From contig JBAYVF010000007.1 in assembly GCA_041674705.1 (NCBI GenBank), positions 1,322 to 65,321 of the forward strand: DNA of 64,000 nucleotides, in the 5' to 3' direction. The translations under genes were made by a program, and so were the position numbers. Shown one piece after another: positions 43,813-55,800 of this stretch (the first letter of the stretch is position 1; each line of letters begins with the position of its first letter). The notes beneath the pieces are model-generated. The model searched no databases. It saw only the letters and a program-made list of their open reading frames with translations, and was not told the origin of the DNA. Origin of the DNA: Candidatus Omnitrophota bacterium. GTDB lineage: Bacteria; Omnitrophota; Omnitrophia; Omnitrophales; Aquincolibacteriaceae.

Positions 43813-46800
43813 TTACGCAGAACGTAAGAGGGCAAACTGCGCCTGAACCTCGGAAACGAGGAAATGAATACGCTCACCGGCAAGACTGAGGAAGTTCTGG
43901 AACATTCTCGGGGTGATGCGTTGAACTGTAATATCCGAAAGCTGGTCTTTTAAAATTTCTGCGCCATAGAGAAGAGCTTTGAGGGCCATACGTTCTGTTT
44001 TAACTTGTTTTCTAAGAGCCGTTCTGGCGACCGAAAGGTTCTTTTCTGAGGCGACAATGATGCGCCGGTCCGGCGCAAGCCCGGCATTGAATTGTTCTAT
44101 AAAGGCGCGGTCTGTGACATCCCCCGCGATCACGGCCACGGGCGCATCCCCCAGGATCGTTCTGACCGCCGCTAAAAAGCCCTGGCCCAGCGCAAATTCG
44201 CGGCCGAGAATGAACGCATCCCCGGACTGAACTGTTTTGATGCCAAGCGCCTTCTTTGCTGCGTCAAAACGTGCCCGCATGAGAGTCTCCTGCGCTTTCT
44301 TGGCAAACGAGACCGGCAAGCGAGCAATGGCTGCCTCGGCTGCATTCAGCGTATAAGCAAAGAGAGAAATGATCCCGTCCATGATCTTTTCCGTCACGCC
44401 GCGGAGACCTTGTTCCGTGCCGCCGCCAAGACGCGCGTTCTCCTGAACAAACTTCTCCATGGTAAAAGCCTGCAACTTCGCCGGCAGTGGCAGATCCGAA
44501 ACCTTAGTGCGCATTTCGGAGCGGGGTTTTTCACTTTCTTTAAGAAAATCTTTTGCTTCAAGCGCTTCCCCAAAGAGCTTTGTCAAGAAAAGCAGGTTCC
44601 CCATCTCTTTTCCGTTTATCGTCTCAAGAGCAAGGATGATTTCCACCCGACCATCCAATCGGCCGATGGTTAATTCTTTATAAAATGCTTCCATCGCAGG
44701 ACGGTTCTCATTTAAGGTGTTTTGCAGCCGGCCAATAGCTTCACGAATTTCTGGTTTTGTTCTCTCAAGACCTTCTTTTTTATATTGACCGAACCACGCA
44801 AGATCCCAAAGGATCCGTGATTTCTCTTTTTCAGAGAATTGCCGCGTTTCCGAGCGGGGTTTTGTGGAAGTTAAAGCTTCGGTCTCTCGCAATGCGCCAA
44901 TGAGCTTTTCAATATCTTTGGCTTGAATCTTTATATTCCCGCCATGCTCTCCAAGAGCCGCAACCGCCGCCTCGGGAATACGCGACTGCACGATCACGGG
45001 CATGGTCAATCCGAGTTGCTTGATCTCATCAAGAACTGCCGCGGCTGAATTTGCGTGCTGCGCCTTCAGACTCATTTTTTGAAACTTTTCGACCAAGACC
45101 AAATGATAATCCAAAACAACCACGTTAATCTCGCTTCCCCTTTTTCTTAAGAGCAATTTCGCCTCTTTTACGTTGGAGGCCTCTAACACAAGCGTCGCAG
45201 GGAACAGTTGCTTTATTGCGGACGAATAAAAGCGCATCTCTCCATGATGATCTTCCACCAACAAAACGACTTTCCCGGCATTCTTGGTGTTTTGCGCTTC
45301 GTTTGTTGCGCCGAGTTCCTGGCGCGCCTGCCCGTCCGGTAGGCGGGCTTCGGAGCGGGGTGTGGCGTAGAGTTTCTCAACCTCCGCCAAGATGGTTTCG
45401 ACCACCTCCGGCGATAGTTCCTGACCGTTCATTTTTCGTAAATAATGCTGAAAAACCCGGAGTCTTTCGTCGCGAGGATGAGTCGAGCTAAGAAGTTCAC
45501 CGGAGATCGTCGGCAGAGCCCCTGCGGTAAGCCCGTAGGTCACAGCAGCCCAAAGCGCGGCCAGAACGGCCTTGGCGGAATCAAAGTCCTGAATCGAGGG
45601 GCTTTGGGACAGCGTCGTCGCCAAATCATTGATCGTAGGGCTTCCGAAAGAAAGAAAGCTGACCATCTGCACGACCGTTGTTTTCTGATCAAGCGCCGTG
45701 AAATAACCCAAAGCGGTTTCTTCAATAAGTTCGGACGCTTTAGCAACGTCGGATTTTTTCTGATCTTCTTCCCTCGTCTTTTCGGGAAGAGCGGCTTTGA
45801 TCCGAACCAAAAGAGGCGGCAATTCTTCAAAGGCTTTTATTTTTTCTAAAAGACGGATCGTGGCGGAGCCTTCCACGCCTAACGCCTTTGCCATCTTCCG
45901 AGCATCGGTTTCGTCAAAAGCGCTCAGAAGGACCATTCTCGGAGTATCAAATTTTTCAAGCATGAGACGGATCCATTCGGATCCTCTGACAAGCGGCATA
46001 GAATTATCGGTGACGATCAAGGGCCGCCCTTGCTTTGCTGCGATCTTGTCTTTGATCTTTTTTAAAGCCGAAACAACGTCCCCGGCTTCAACGACCGAAT
46101 ACCTTTCCCCACGGACAAGATCAACAACAGCCTCTCGGAACACACCCGAGTCGTCGACCACAAGGACCCATTCCCCTTGCGATGCCGCGTTCCATTTTTC
46201 GGCCAAGGCCGTAACATCGATCCCGTGGGAAAAAAGAGTTTTTTCAGTCTCTTCCGTACCGCGCGCTTCAGAGCGGGAATCGGCATTAGGCCACAGGGTC
46301 ACACGCGCTCCGAACTCAGTCCCGGTGGTGCGGTTTACTATCGGTATGCGCTGATATAAAAGACCGGCTTCTTCAATAATGTGAAGCCCCTCTCCGGCGC
46401 CCCCCAGGAGGTACTTCCCGGCTTTTTTCTTCGCCTCTACCCATTCGGCACTTTTTCCATCCTCCTTTTTGACCAGATTATAGGCTTCTATTTTCGAGCC
46501 TGTCAGATCCGCCCAAAGAAAGATCGGGAGTTGAAAGTCCAGTTTGCTGCCATGCCTAAAGGAGTTTTTCAATAATTCTCCGGTGGCCGTGAGGTGAAGG
46601 CCCATGGCCCTAAATCCGATCTTAGAAGCAACTTCTTTTTCGAAAAGATGAGCAAATCGATCGAGGCGAGCGGCGAAAACGCCGAAACGGTCGGTGTTCT
46701 CTGCGTCTTTTTCGGGAATATTCCGTAGATCCAGCTTGAGCATCTTTCCGCTGCGGATGCTTTCGACGATCAGCGCCTCATCAAGATCCGCAAAATCAAT

Positions 46801-49800
46801 TTCCACGACCTCATAGGCCCTGTTTAAATAAAGTTCTAGCGCAGAAGTTTCCGCCCACATTTTCGGGCTATCCGTGCGATAGAGTTTCTCTGCCTGGTCC
46901 AGAACGGTTTCGACCACTTCCGCCGAAAGCTTCTGCCCCGTCGATTTATTAAGCAAATACTCCTGAAAAATCCGCAGCCTTTCGTCGCGAGAATTAGATC
47001 TGAGAAGTTCGCCTGCGATCGTTGGCAGGGCGCCTTCGGTAAGCCCGTAGGTCACTGCAGCCCAAAGCGCGGTCAGCATGGCCTTGGCAGAATCAAAATC
47101 CTGGGGAGCGGGACTTCGGGACAAAACTGTCGCCAACTCATTGATCGTTGGTTTTCCGGCAAAAATAAAACCCGCCATTTGTCCGCTCATCGTTTTCGGG
47201 TCAGAATCCGGAAAATAACTCAAAACAGCCTCAGCAATAAGCTCCGCGGCCTGGGTATTGACAGGCTTTTTCGCCCCTTCTTCCCGCGCTTCGGAACGAA
47301 GCTTGAGAGAATTTGAAAGACGTTCCATAGCTTCGTTGAATCCGGTCGGAAGCTTAGGCCCCACATGTATTTTTGCTTTAAAGCTTAATTCGTTCATTTC
47401 CCCGAGCAGCGCATGACCTGCGGTCACAACGCTTTTGAGACGTTCTTCTTTTGCGGGATTGTAATCGTGCTGACGCATGTAACCGGAAATGGTGACCCCC
47501 AGCGTGTTCGCCCGCTGGATCATACTTTCCGGAGATTCAGTGGAGACTGCCTGTTGGGGGCGGGCTCCATTTTGATCATTCAAAATCGCATAGGCACCCG
47601 GCTTTTTTAGCGTTTCAGAAACAGCTGCTGCCTGCTGTACCGGAGGTGTAGCGGATGAAACAGGATAAAGAGCACTTAAGAGTTTTTGCGCGTATGCCCG
47701 GCCCATTAAACCGTTGAGTTTTTCTTCCAGCGCCGCGCGATTCTCAGGGGCAACGATCCGGTCTTCCGGCTCTGTTTTGGCTACGTCTTCAAATTCTCCA
47801 AGCTTCTGCGAAATATCCTTCCATTCCGCATATTCCATTTCCCATTTCTCAAATTCCTGACGATTGCCGGCAAACCGGGCGGAAGCATGTCGGGCTGCGT
47901 TACGCTCCGCAATGGCACGCGCCATGGCATGAGCAATCCATCTGAGCGCTTTTTGCCGCCTTTCCCCCTGGGCTTGCGGCGCCGGAGAAACAGTTTTGTG
48001 TTGTTCCGGTTGTTGTGTGAGCTTTTCGGCTTCCTTGCTTTTTAATGCTTCCCTACGCAACAAGCTTCTTAGTTGCTCGAGCGTCTCGTCTCGCGGTTGA
48101 ACGACCGCTGAGCCTCTTGATAGGCTCGCCATAAGCTCTTCGACGTCAGACTGCTCCATGTAGACGCGAAGGACCATTTTCCACAACTCAACATCTCCCG
48201 GATCAGCGACCTTTTTCTGCGGCATAGTCTCAAGATCCGCCTTGAACCGCTTGAGAGCCTGTAAAATGCCCTGCAGTTTCTTGTAATCAATGTCCCGGAT
48301 CGTAAGGTCCTCGTTGGCTTCGTTTTCAACGAATGGAATAGCCCTGTTAATCCAGGCTAATGCTTTTGCGTGATTGTCCGCTTGTGATTTTTCGATCTTT
48401 GCTTTCTGATCTCGAGGCTCCCGTGCCGGCGCCTGGAGTCCAAACACCTTCATGATCACCTGAGCTTCAATGGCCGGACGCCCGTGCGTAACCCAAAGCT
48501 CAGCCTCCCCGCCCCATTCCTTCACATGAACCGCTGCGGGAAAAGACATCTCTTCCCCGATCTCTGGGGATGAAGGAATCTTTTCGGCGAGGATCTTGCG
48601 AAAATCATTCCCGTTAGCGATCATACCGCCGCCTAAGCCGGCATGGCTTATCCCGTACTTTCGATTCATCGTGAAAGTGGTCCAGCGAACCGGCCCTCCC
48701 GTTTCTCTGTTAATCCGTTCATAAATGAATGGCGCGATCGCGAGAAGCTCGTCCCACGAATTGATCTGGATCTTGTCCTCAGATATAAGCTTGAGATTCT
48801 GCAAACGCATTTCGGAGCGAACATCCTTCTTTTCCGATTCGGAGCGTAAACTGCGGAGCGAAGACCGGATTTCACCAAGGTCGCTCGCCGGCTTTGCCGT
48901 TTCTTTTATCTTCTTGGAAATTTTCATCTCCCACAACGCCGGCGATCCGTTGAATCGCTCTTTCGCTTTAACAAACCCTGTTTTCTCTAAAAAAGAATCC
49001 GAGACCCGGTGTTGAAATATTCGTATTTTTTCAAAGCCATAAGCGTGGGCAAATCGCACAAGATGGTTTTCGATCCAATATTTCAAGACGCGCTCAGCAA
49101 CTTCGGTCGTTACATCTATGTGATTGCCTGGGATCTGCTCATACCTTCCAAAGCCCACTCCGAGCACCAGATCATTGCGATCGACGGAAAGCGGAATATG
49201 CAAAAAAGCATGGTAACCCGCCAACTGTTCCTTAGAAACCTCCTGCTGGATCACCTCACACGGCAAAGCGGCCACCGTAATAAAAAGGCGCCCGCCACCT
49301 TTATTGACCATGGCATAAAATCCTGTCTGGTCATAACTCCGGGGGGCTTTCTCTCTTGGGAAATAACCGCTTCCCGGGGACCAGAACACAATGTCTTCTG
49401 CGCCTTTTTTGAACAATCCGAGAAATTCCTCCGGGATCAACCCGGAAATGGTTTCACGGTCCTTAGAAGACATCGCATAATCATAAAAAAGCGACTGTTT
49501 CGTTGAGGGCATCCCACCTTCCAGCTCGACCGCAGCCCGGGTAATCTTCAAAACCTGAACATGCGTTTCTGCAGGAAGCTTCAAGTAAAGCCCTCTAGTT
49601 TTTAACTCCTGGAGCGTCAAGGTATTGTAAACTTCCCCTGTCATGGCATTTCGAATCTGGATACGCTCTTCATCCTGAAGGCCCAATTTTTCAGAGATCC
49701 ATTGAGAAATCTTTAAACCATCAAGCCAGGTTTCTCCGGAGCTTCTTGTCACTTCACGAATGCCTGTTTCCACCGCCACAATATTATGGTCATTAATCGC

Positions 49801-52800
49801 GCTGATACTTTGCATGGCAAATGCTCGTAAATGAGCATTGGTAGAACCCACAGACTCGGCTTCTTTGGAAGTCTCAATCGCGCGGACAAGCGAGCTTCTC
49901 AACCACTCGCTTCTGAAGAATTGCCCTTCCCCTTCGTTTCCGGAAACATAATCTATCAGGGAGCCAAGGGGATCTTCCTTTCTTGCAAAGCTCCGGCTGA
50001 ATTCCGTCAAGTAAGCAGCCGCGGTTAATCGGGAATTCAATACTTGGCTCAATAGTTTCGAAGCCGCCTGAAAGGATGCGAATTCTTTGACATTGCTTTT
50101 GTATTTACGGATGACGCGCTCAAAAGCCTTGCGATAACCCAACGCGCTTTCTTCGGTCGCTAAAACTGTATTTCCAGAAGCCGGCTTTTCAAAATCAAGG
50201 ATCTCCCCCTGCTGCTGATAAATGCCTTCAGGCGTCGGAAGCGTGATCTCAAGAGCGCCGTTTGCAGCGCCGTCCGTTTCGGAAAATCCGGCCGCTTCCG
50301 TCACGGGATCAGAATCGTTCACTTGCACGTCTTCAGCCGCCAAAACAACCCTTTGTTCCGGAATGCCCCACCCTGTGGCCACAAACAAACGCCCCGGCCC
50401 CATCAGGTTGACCTTTTTCTGCAAGCCTTTCAAATGGTCATACATCGCCCGGGACTCATATCCCGCCTGAATATTTCCAAAAATGATGACTTGGACGCCT
50501 TGGAGCACAAGATATTCGATGTTTTCATCCGTAAACGCACGATTCAGTCCCGTCTTTTCCTGGACAAGACGTCCTGAGGTTGCGATCACAATTTTTTCGG
50601 GATCAAGGTTTTCAAATTCAGGATCGAGCTCTTTAAACCGCGGATCATTTTTTAAGATCGTTTTGGCGATCTTTTTCGCTTCTACGATTTCTTCCGGTTT
50701 CGGATTCCACGGATCAGCCCCGGGGAATTTCTTTTGAAAGGATTCTTCTTTGAAGATCTCCTGGAAAACCCTGCTGGAAGACTCAAGATCATCGCCATTG
50801 GTAATGGCCAAGATCCTTGTTTCGGGATCAAGGTGTTCGATCCCCTGAACATGCATGGCCGCCACGCCGTTCACGCTGTCCGCGGATCTGATCAAACCAC
50901 TCGTCGGATCGGTTTTATAAAAACGCCTGAAAAGATATTTCCATTTCGGATCGATCCGCATACCATCAATCTTGTCTTCACCGATATTAGGCGGCCTGTT
51001 CCGGAACGTATGCGTCGTGCCGTGAACCAGCGCGGCTTCCAGGGAGATCCCTTCGTCGAGAGCCTTGAGCAGATCCTTGAGTTCAAACCCGGAGTCGCCC
51101 AGGAGTCGTTTTATTTCATCCGAGGGCATTCGCGCCATATCGTCCAAAACCCGTTTAAATACCGCGATGAAAGCGGACTGGCCATCATTGGGCCATATCA
51201 CCGGATATTTATACTCCGCCCCCAACTTTTTTTTAATGGGAGTTTCCGTTCTAATAAGATCAATGAGCGAAGCTTTGGCCAAAAACTCCGCAAATTCCCA
51301 CCATTCCGCGGTGCCATACTCCGCTCCATACCGGTAAAGAAGCTTTGTGTAATAAGGATCTCCCCCGTCCTGAGCGGGAAGATCTTCCGCGAGATGCACT
51401 TGAATGCCGTAACGATTGTATCCCCGATAAACAGCCACAGGCACGTCCCGCCGATCATGAATAGATCCTTTGCGCAATCTGAGGTTTAAAATATCATCAG
51501 GTTTTTCGCTGATCCCTTCCACAGGCACCGGTAATTTCCCATAATCCACATCGCGCCGGAGCTGTCCCTGCGCATCGAACCGGTAACGATACCGCGGCTC
51601 GAAAGCGATCAGTTCCGCCTGATCCCCGATTAATTCTTTGACGCCCAATGTATGGAACTGCCCGACGCGCCCCAAACCGCCTGCCGCGAGCCACGTTTCG
51701 GGAGAAATGTACCAAATAGAACGACCTATGAGGTTGGGGGCGTTTTCCGAAAGCCAGTTTTTCACCGGTTCCGGTTTTAGCATCAAGAGAACTTTCCCGG
51801 CAAGCGGAACGTGGGTCAAACGCGATTTGTTGTCTTCAATGAATTTGACCAAGAGCGCTTTTTCATCCGTCGTTAAAAGCGCAACGGCTTTAAGGAAGGG
51901 CCAGCTTGCTTCGACGGGAAAGCGCGGCCATTGAGTTACCGCATTGCCATAAGAACTTATGAGCTGAAAAAGATACCGCGAGCCGGCATGACTTTGCCCT
52001 TGAAGCGCGGCCAGATGCGCTTCCAGACGTTCCTTGATAAAGCGAATCTGGTTCGTTTTGATCTCAAAAACTTCTCGCGGCACCGCCAGCGCATAAGCAT
52101 TCGCTTCCTGCTGCAAAAGCCCCATTTTTACCAGCCGCCTCAACAACTCTTTTATGTTGATCCCGGGACCTGAGATCCCTAATGTTTCAAATTTGCCCGG
52201 AGCAATATCCAGAATTATCGTTTCGCTGACAGCCGTCGGCCGCCTATCAATTTCATCGAGAATAATGCCCGCGATAACGTTCATCCGGTGCCAATCCGGC
52301 GTGGTCTCGCGAACATAACCATCAGTATCATATTTTCCGACCCCTTCGAGCAATCGATCCGACCAGTTGTCTTCCCGCAGCTCAGAACGCTTCGTTGGGT
52401 CTTGGGTTTCAGATTCTTCGCGCTCGTTCAGGAGCGCTCTGCTGACCGATTCGCCGATCCCAAGAAATCCGAATTGCGGGCCCGGAAGCCGCATATCGGG
52501 TTTCCCGCCCGGCAATCCTTTCGCCGGAGGAGCGGTATAATGCTCGAGCTGTTTTTTAAGTTTCGTGATCGCTTCCTGGATCGCGATAGAAACCAGGACC
52601 TCTTCCCCGCCGTGTTCCAGAACGCTGATGTCCTCTCCGATGATGTCTCTCATCCGCTCGAGGAGCTTCAGGGATTGTTCGCTTTCGCGCTGGTTGAGTT
52701 TTTCCGCGATCTTATTGATGCGTTTGGCAAAATAGTAGGAAAGAACCGCAATTTGTCTGGGAACATGGATCCCGGAAACATCTTTAAGAACATTGGTCGT

Positions 52801-55800
52801 CACCCGCGGGGCTTGTTCAAGATAGACGCGCATCGCTCCCAAAATCGTCCAGGCCCCAAGCGCCAATTCTTTTTGTTCCTCTTTGCTGGACGGATCTCGT
52901 TCCCTTTTCCAGTCAAGGACCCACGGAATAAAGATCTGCTCATGCGCCAGATTTCCGATAAAACGCTTCATATCCGTTACAACCGCCGGATTCCTGAAAA
53001 GATCCATCGCATAGTTGAGCACCGCATCATTCGTCCCGGAATCCCAACCATGCCCTTCCTCGGCTTCCAGGAGCTTCTTCTGGGTTTCATAGACCTTCTC
53101 TTTGAGCTCCTGGATCGCGAAATAATAAGGACGGTACCATTTTTCCACGAGCTGGGCCCGGGTCATGGGCTTTTCGTACACTTCCTCCTCGGGCCTGATA
53201 AAATTCATTCCGATCTCTCCGGAAAGACGGGCAAAGATCGCCTCGATCGCAGCCTCGGGCCCGAATTCTTGCTCGATCATGGCGAAAATACAGAGGAGCC
53301 GCCCGACCGTTTTCGTGTCACCCTTGAATTTCATCATCAAGAACTCTTCCATATAATCGCCGAGTGCATCCGCTACGCCCGCGGCCCGGCGCACATTCTC
53401 GAAGGAACGCTCTTTGGTCTTCCTGGTTTTCTGACGAAGCATCTCGAGTTCGTTGGCGATCTTGGCAACCGCCGCTGTCTGATCCAGCAGGTACTTCCGC
53501 TTTTGGAGATTTTCGATCAGCGTCTTGAACATAACGGCTTCCGGAGAAACGGGCAGCATCAGACCCTGCGCGGAGATCTCTGAGAATAAAGCAACCTCTT
53601 CCTGCAGTTCCTCTTTAAAGATACCGTGCTCAGCCTGGAACGCCACTCTCTTCGCGAACGCCTCTTCGATCTCCTGGAGCGGTACGGCGGTTGAAAGCCG
53701 TTCCCGCGTGGAGAGCGGCAGGAACGTCAGAAGAAATTCCCCGTCATCAGCCCGAAGCGCGCGATACGAAGATTCCACGGTATTCGCATCGATCGAAGGC
53801 CCCCGGAAAAAGAGACGCAGAACGCCGAAAAGGTCCCGGGTAACCCTGAAGGTTTTTTGTTTATTCTCTTCGACCCTCTTCTTTCCATCACCTTCCATGA
53901 ATTCGAGGTTTTGGGTCAACTTTTTGAATTGATCCGAGATCGTAACAAAATCGTCCGCGATCGCGACCTGCTGGGCGATGGCTTCGTCCAGTTCGGGCCG
54001 GAGATCCATCAAGCGTTTGCGGTTGGCGATCATTTCCCCCGCCACGCCGTTAAGTCTGGCGCTCATCTCGGCCAATGCCCCCCGGCATTTTTTAAGGTTC
54101 TCGAGCGTTTGCCAAACGGAAAATTCACCCTTGAAATCCGCAAGCGTAATTTTTTCTTTTTTACTGTTTTCTTTGTCCGCCGGTTTTCCGGAAACCTTTA
54201 TGGCGATTTTTTTGGCCAGCGACTGTTCAACCTCCTCAGACCGTTCGCCCACAAAACGCTTGGCTTGTTCCAGGAACGTATCTTCATCCGCAAAAATATC
54301 GGGCGTCCCGATCTGGCGGGCTGGACGAGAGAAAAAGCGGCGGATATCTTTAGCGATCTGGCGCATCACTTGACGCCAGGTTACTTGCCTTTCCATGGCT
54401 TCGATAAGGGATTGGCCGGCTGCCACGTGATCCGCAAGCGCTTTCCGCTGCGACTCCAGATATTTATTCTTCTTTTCGGCCTGGTCTTGCTCCTCGGACA
54501 ACTTGTTGACCTCGTAGGTCACGTTCTTATTGTTCTCAGTCGCCGTCTTGACTTGTCCTTCAAGGCCTTCGAGATCGCGGTAGGTTTCGCTGATCTTTTT
54601 TCGAAGTTTGTAGTAATCCTCGATGGCCGCTTCCTTGGCCTGAAGAGCTTCGAGCGTGTGCCGTGTGACCGTCGCGACCATGCGGTGAAACGCCTTTCGG
54701 TCGGCTTCGGTGGTGGCCTGATAGATGCTTGCGGCGCTGGCGCCGAGCGTCAGCACGCCCATCGCCATGTCATAATCCAGCTCGATCCTTTGGCGGAAGA
54801 ACTCGTAGCATTCCTCGATCGCTTTCATCCCGAAAGCCGCCATGATCCGCTGGCAATTTTTCACAAGGAGATCGTTCTTCCGGAAAATCGCATAGCCTTC
54901 AATGATGGCCTTGCGGACAGCTTTTCCCTGTTCTTCCGCAAGCGTCCCGATAAAATCGTTCGTAAAATAATCCGCGAAAAGGATCTTCTGCTGGATCACC
55001 TCGTTCTTTTCGCGGGACATTTCATCAAGGATAAAAGGCAGGACTTTCTGCTTCCCGTCCGGAATAAGCCCGCCCGCCGCAAGTTCCAGAAGTATTTCGA
55101 CGAGCAAACTGCGCTGGTTATCGCTATAAGCCGCATAACGATTTCCCTGGCCGATATAAGCGATGAAGGCTTCGCCGAACCCGCCGAGAACCATCTTGAC
55201 CCTTCTCTGAACGAGCGGTCCCGTTTCTTCCGCAAGAATGATCGCATTTTCCAGAACGAACAAGAGCCGTTCGGGAACGATCTCGCGTTGAGTCCCCCGC
55301 GCCGCCCCATCCGCTCCTTCGGTTTTAACGCCGGACGCGACGCCATATCGCATCGCGGCCAAATAGGACGCCTTGATCTGGACCGGAGCGTGGGGATAAC
55401 GCGTTTTTAGATAATCAAAAAAGCTATCGGGCCACGCCATGCAGGCGAAAGAAAGCAGGGTCTCGATCGCCTGGGAGAAGTTCTCGAACCCGCCGTATTG
55501 TGCCAGAAGCGATTCGATATCTTTATTTTCAAGAACTTCCGAAAGCTGGGCAAAATTCGTGTCGACCGAAAGAAAGAAATCGCGGGCCGTATCCGGATAA
55601 AGCGCAAGGAAAACCGACATAAGCAGTTTGTCATCACGGCGCGCTTCGGCGCTCAGTCGTTCCGCGAAACGCACTAAAATATGCAGCCGGAGAGCTGTCC
55701 AATCCTTCTTGTCGAGGGCAGAGACAACGCGGTTGATCTGTTTCAGGATGATCCGCGCGCCAAGGAGATGCTGGGTGCCATTTTCCGGATCGCGCAAAGC

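Noticed and set aside
35467-43818. Possibility that the clustered GTACGG repeats are a CRISPR array
   Set aside because: The units are paired inverted arms rather than direct repeats. Spacing is irregular, from 70 nt to several kb, with genes in between. No cas genes are present.
50734-55410. Several long plus-strand ORFs (50734-51489, 52288-53583, 53857-55410) inside the giant-ORF region
   Set aside because: All are antisense to the continuous 20-kb minus-strand frame, which contains recognisable domains. Their translations are R/F/G/L-rich with no motifs.
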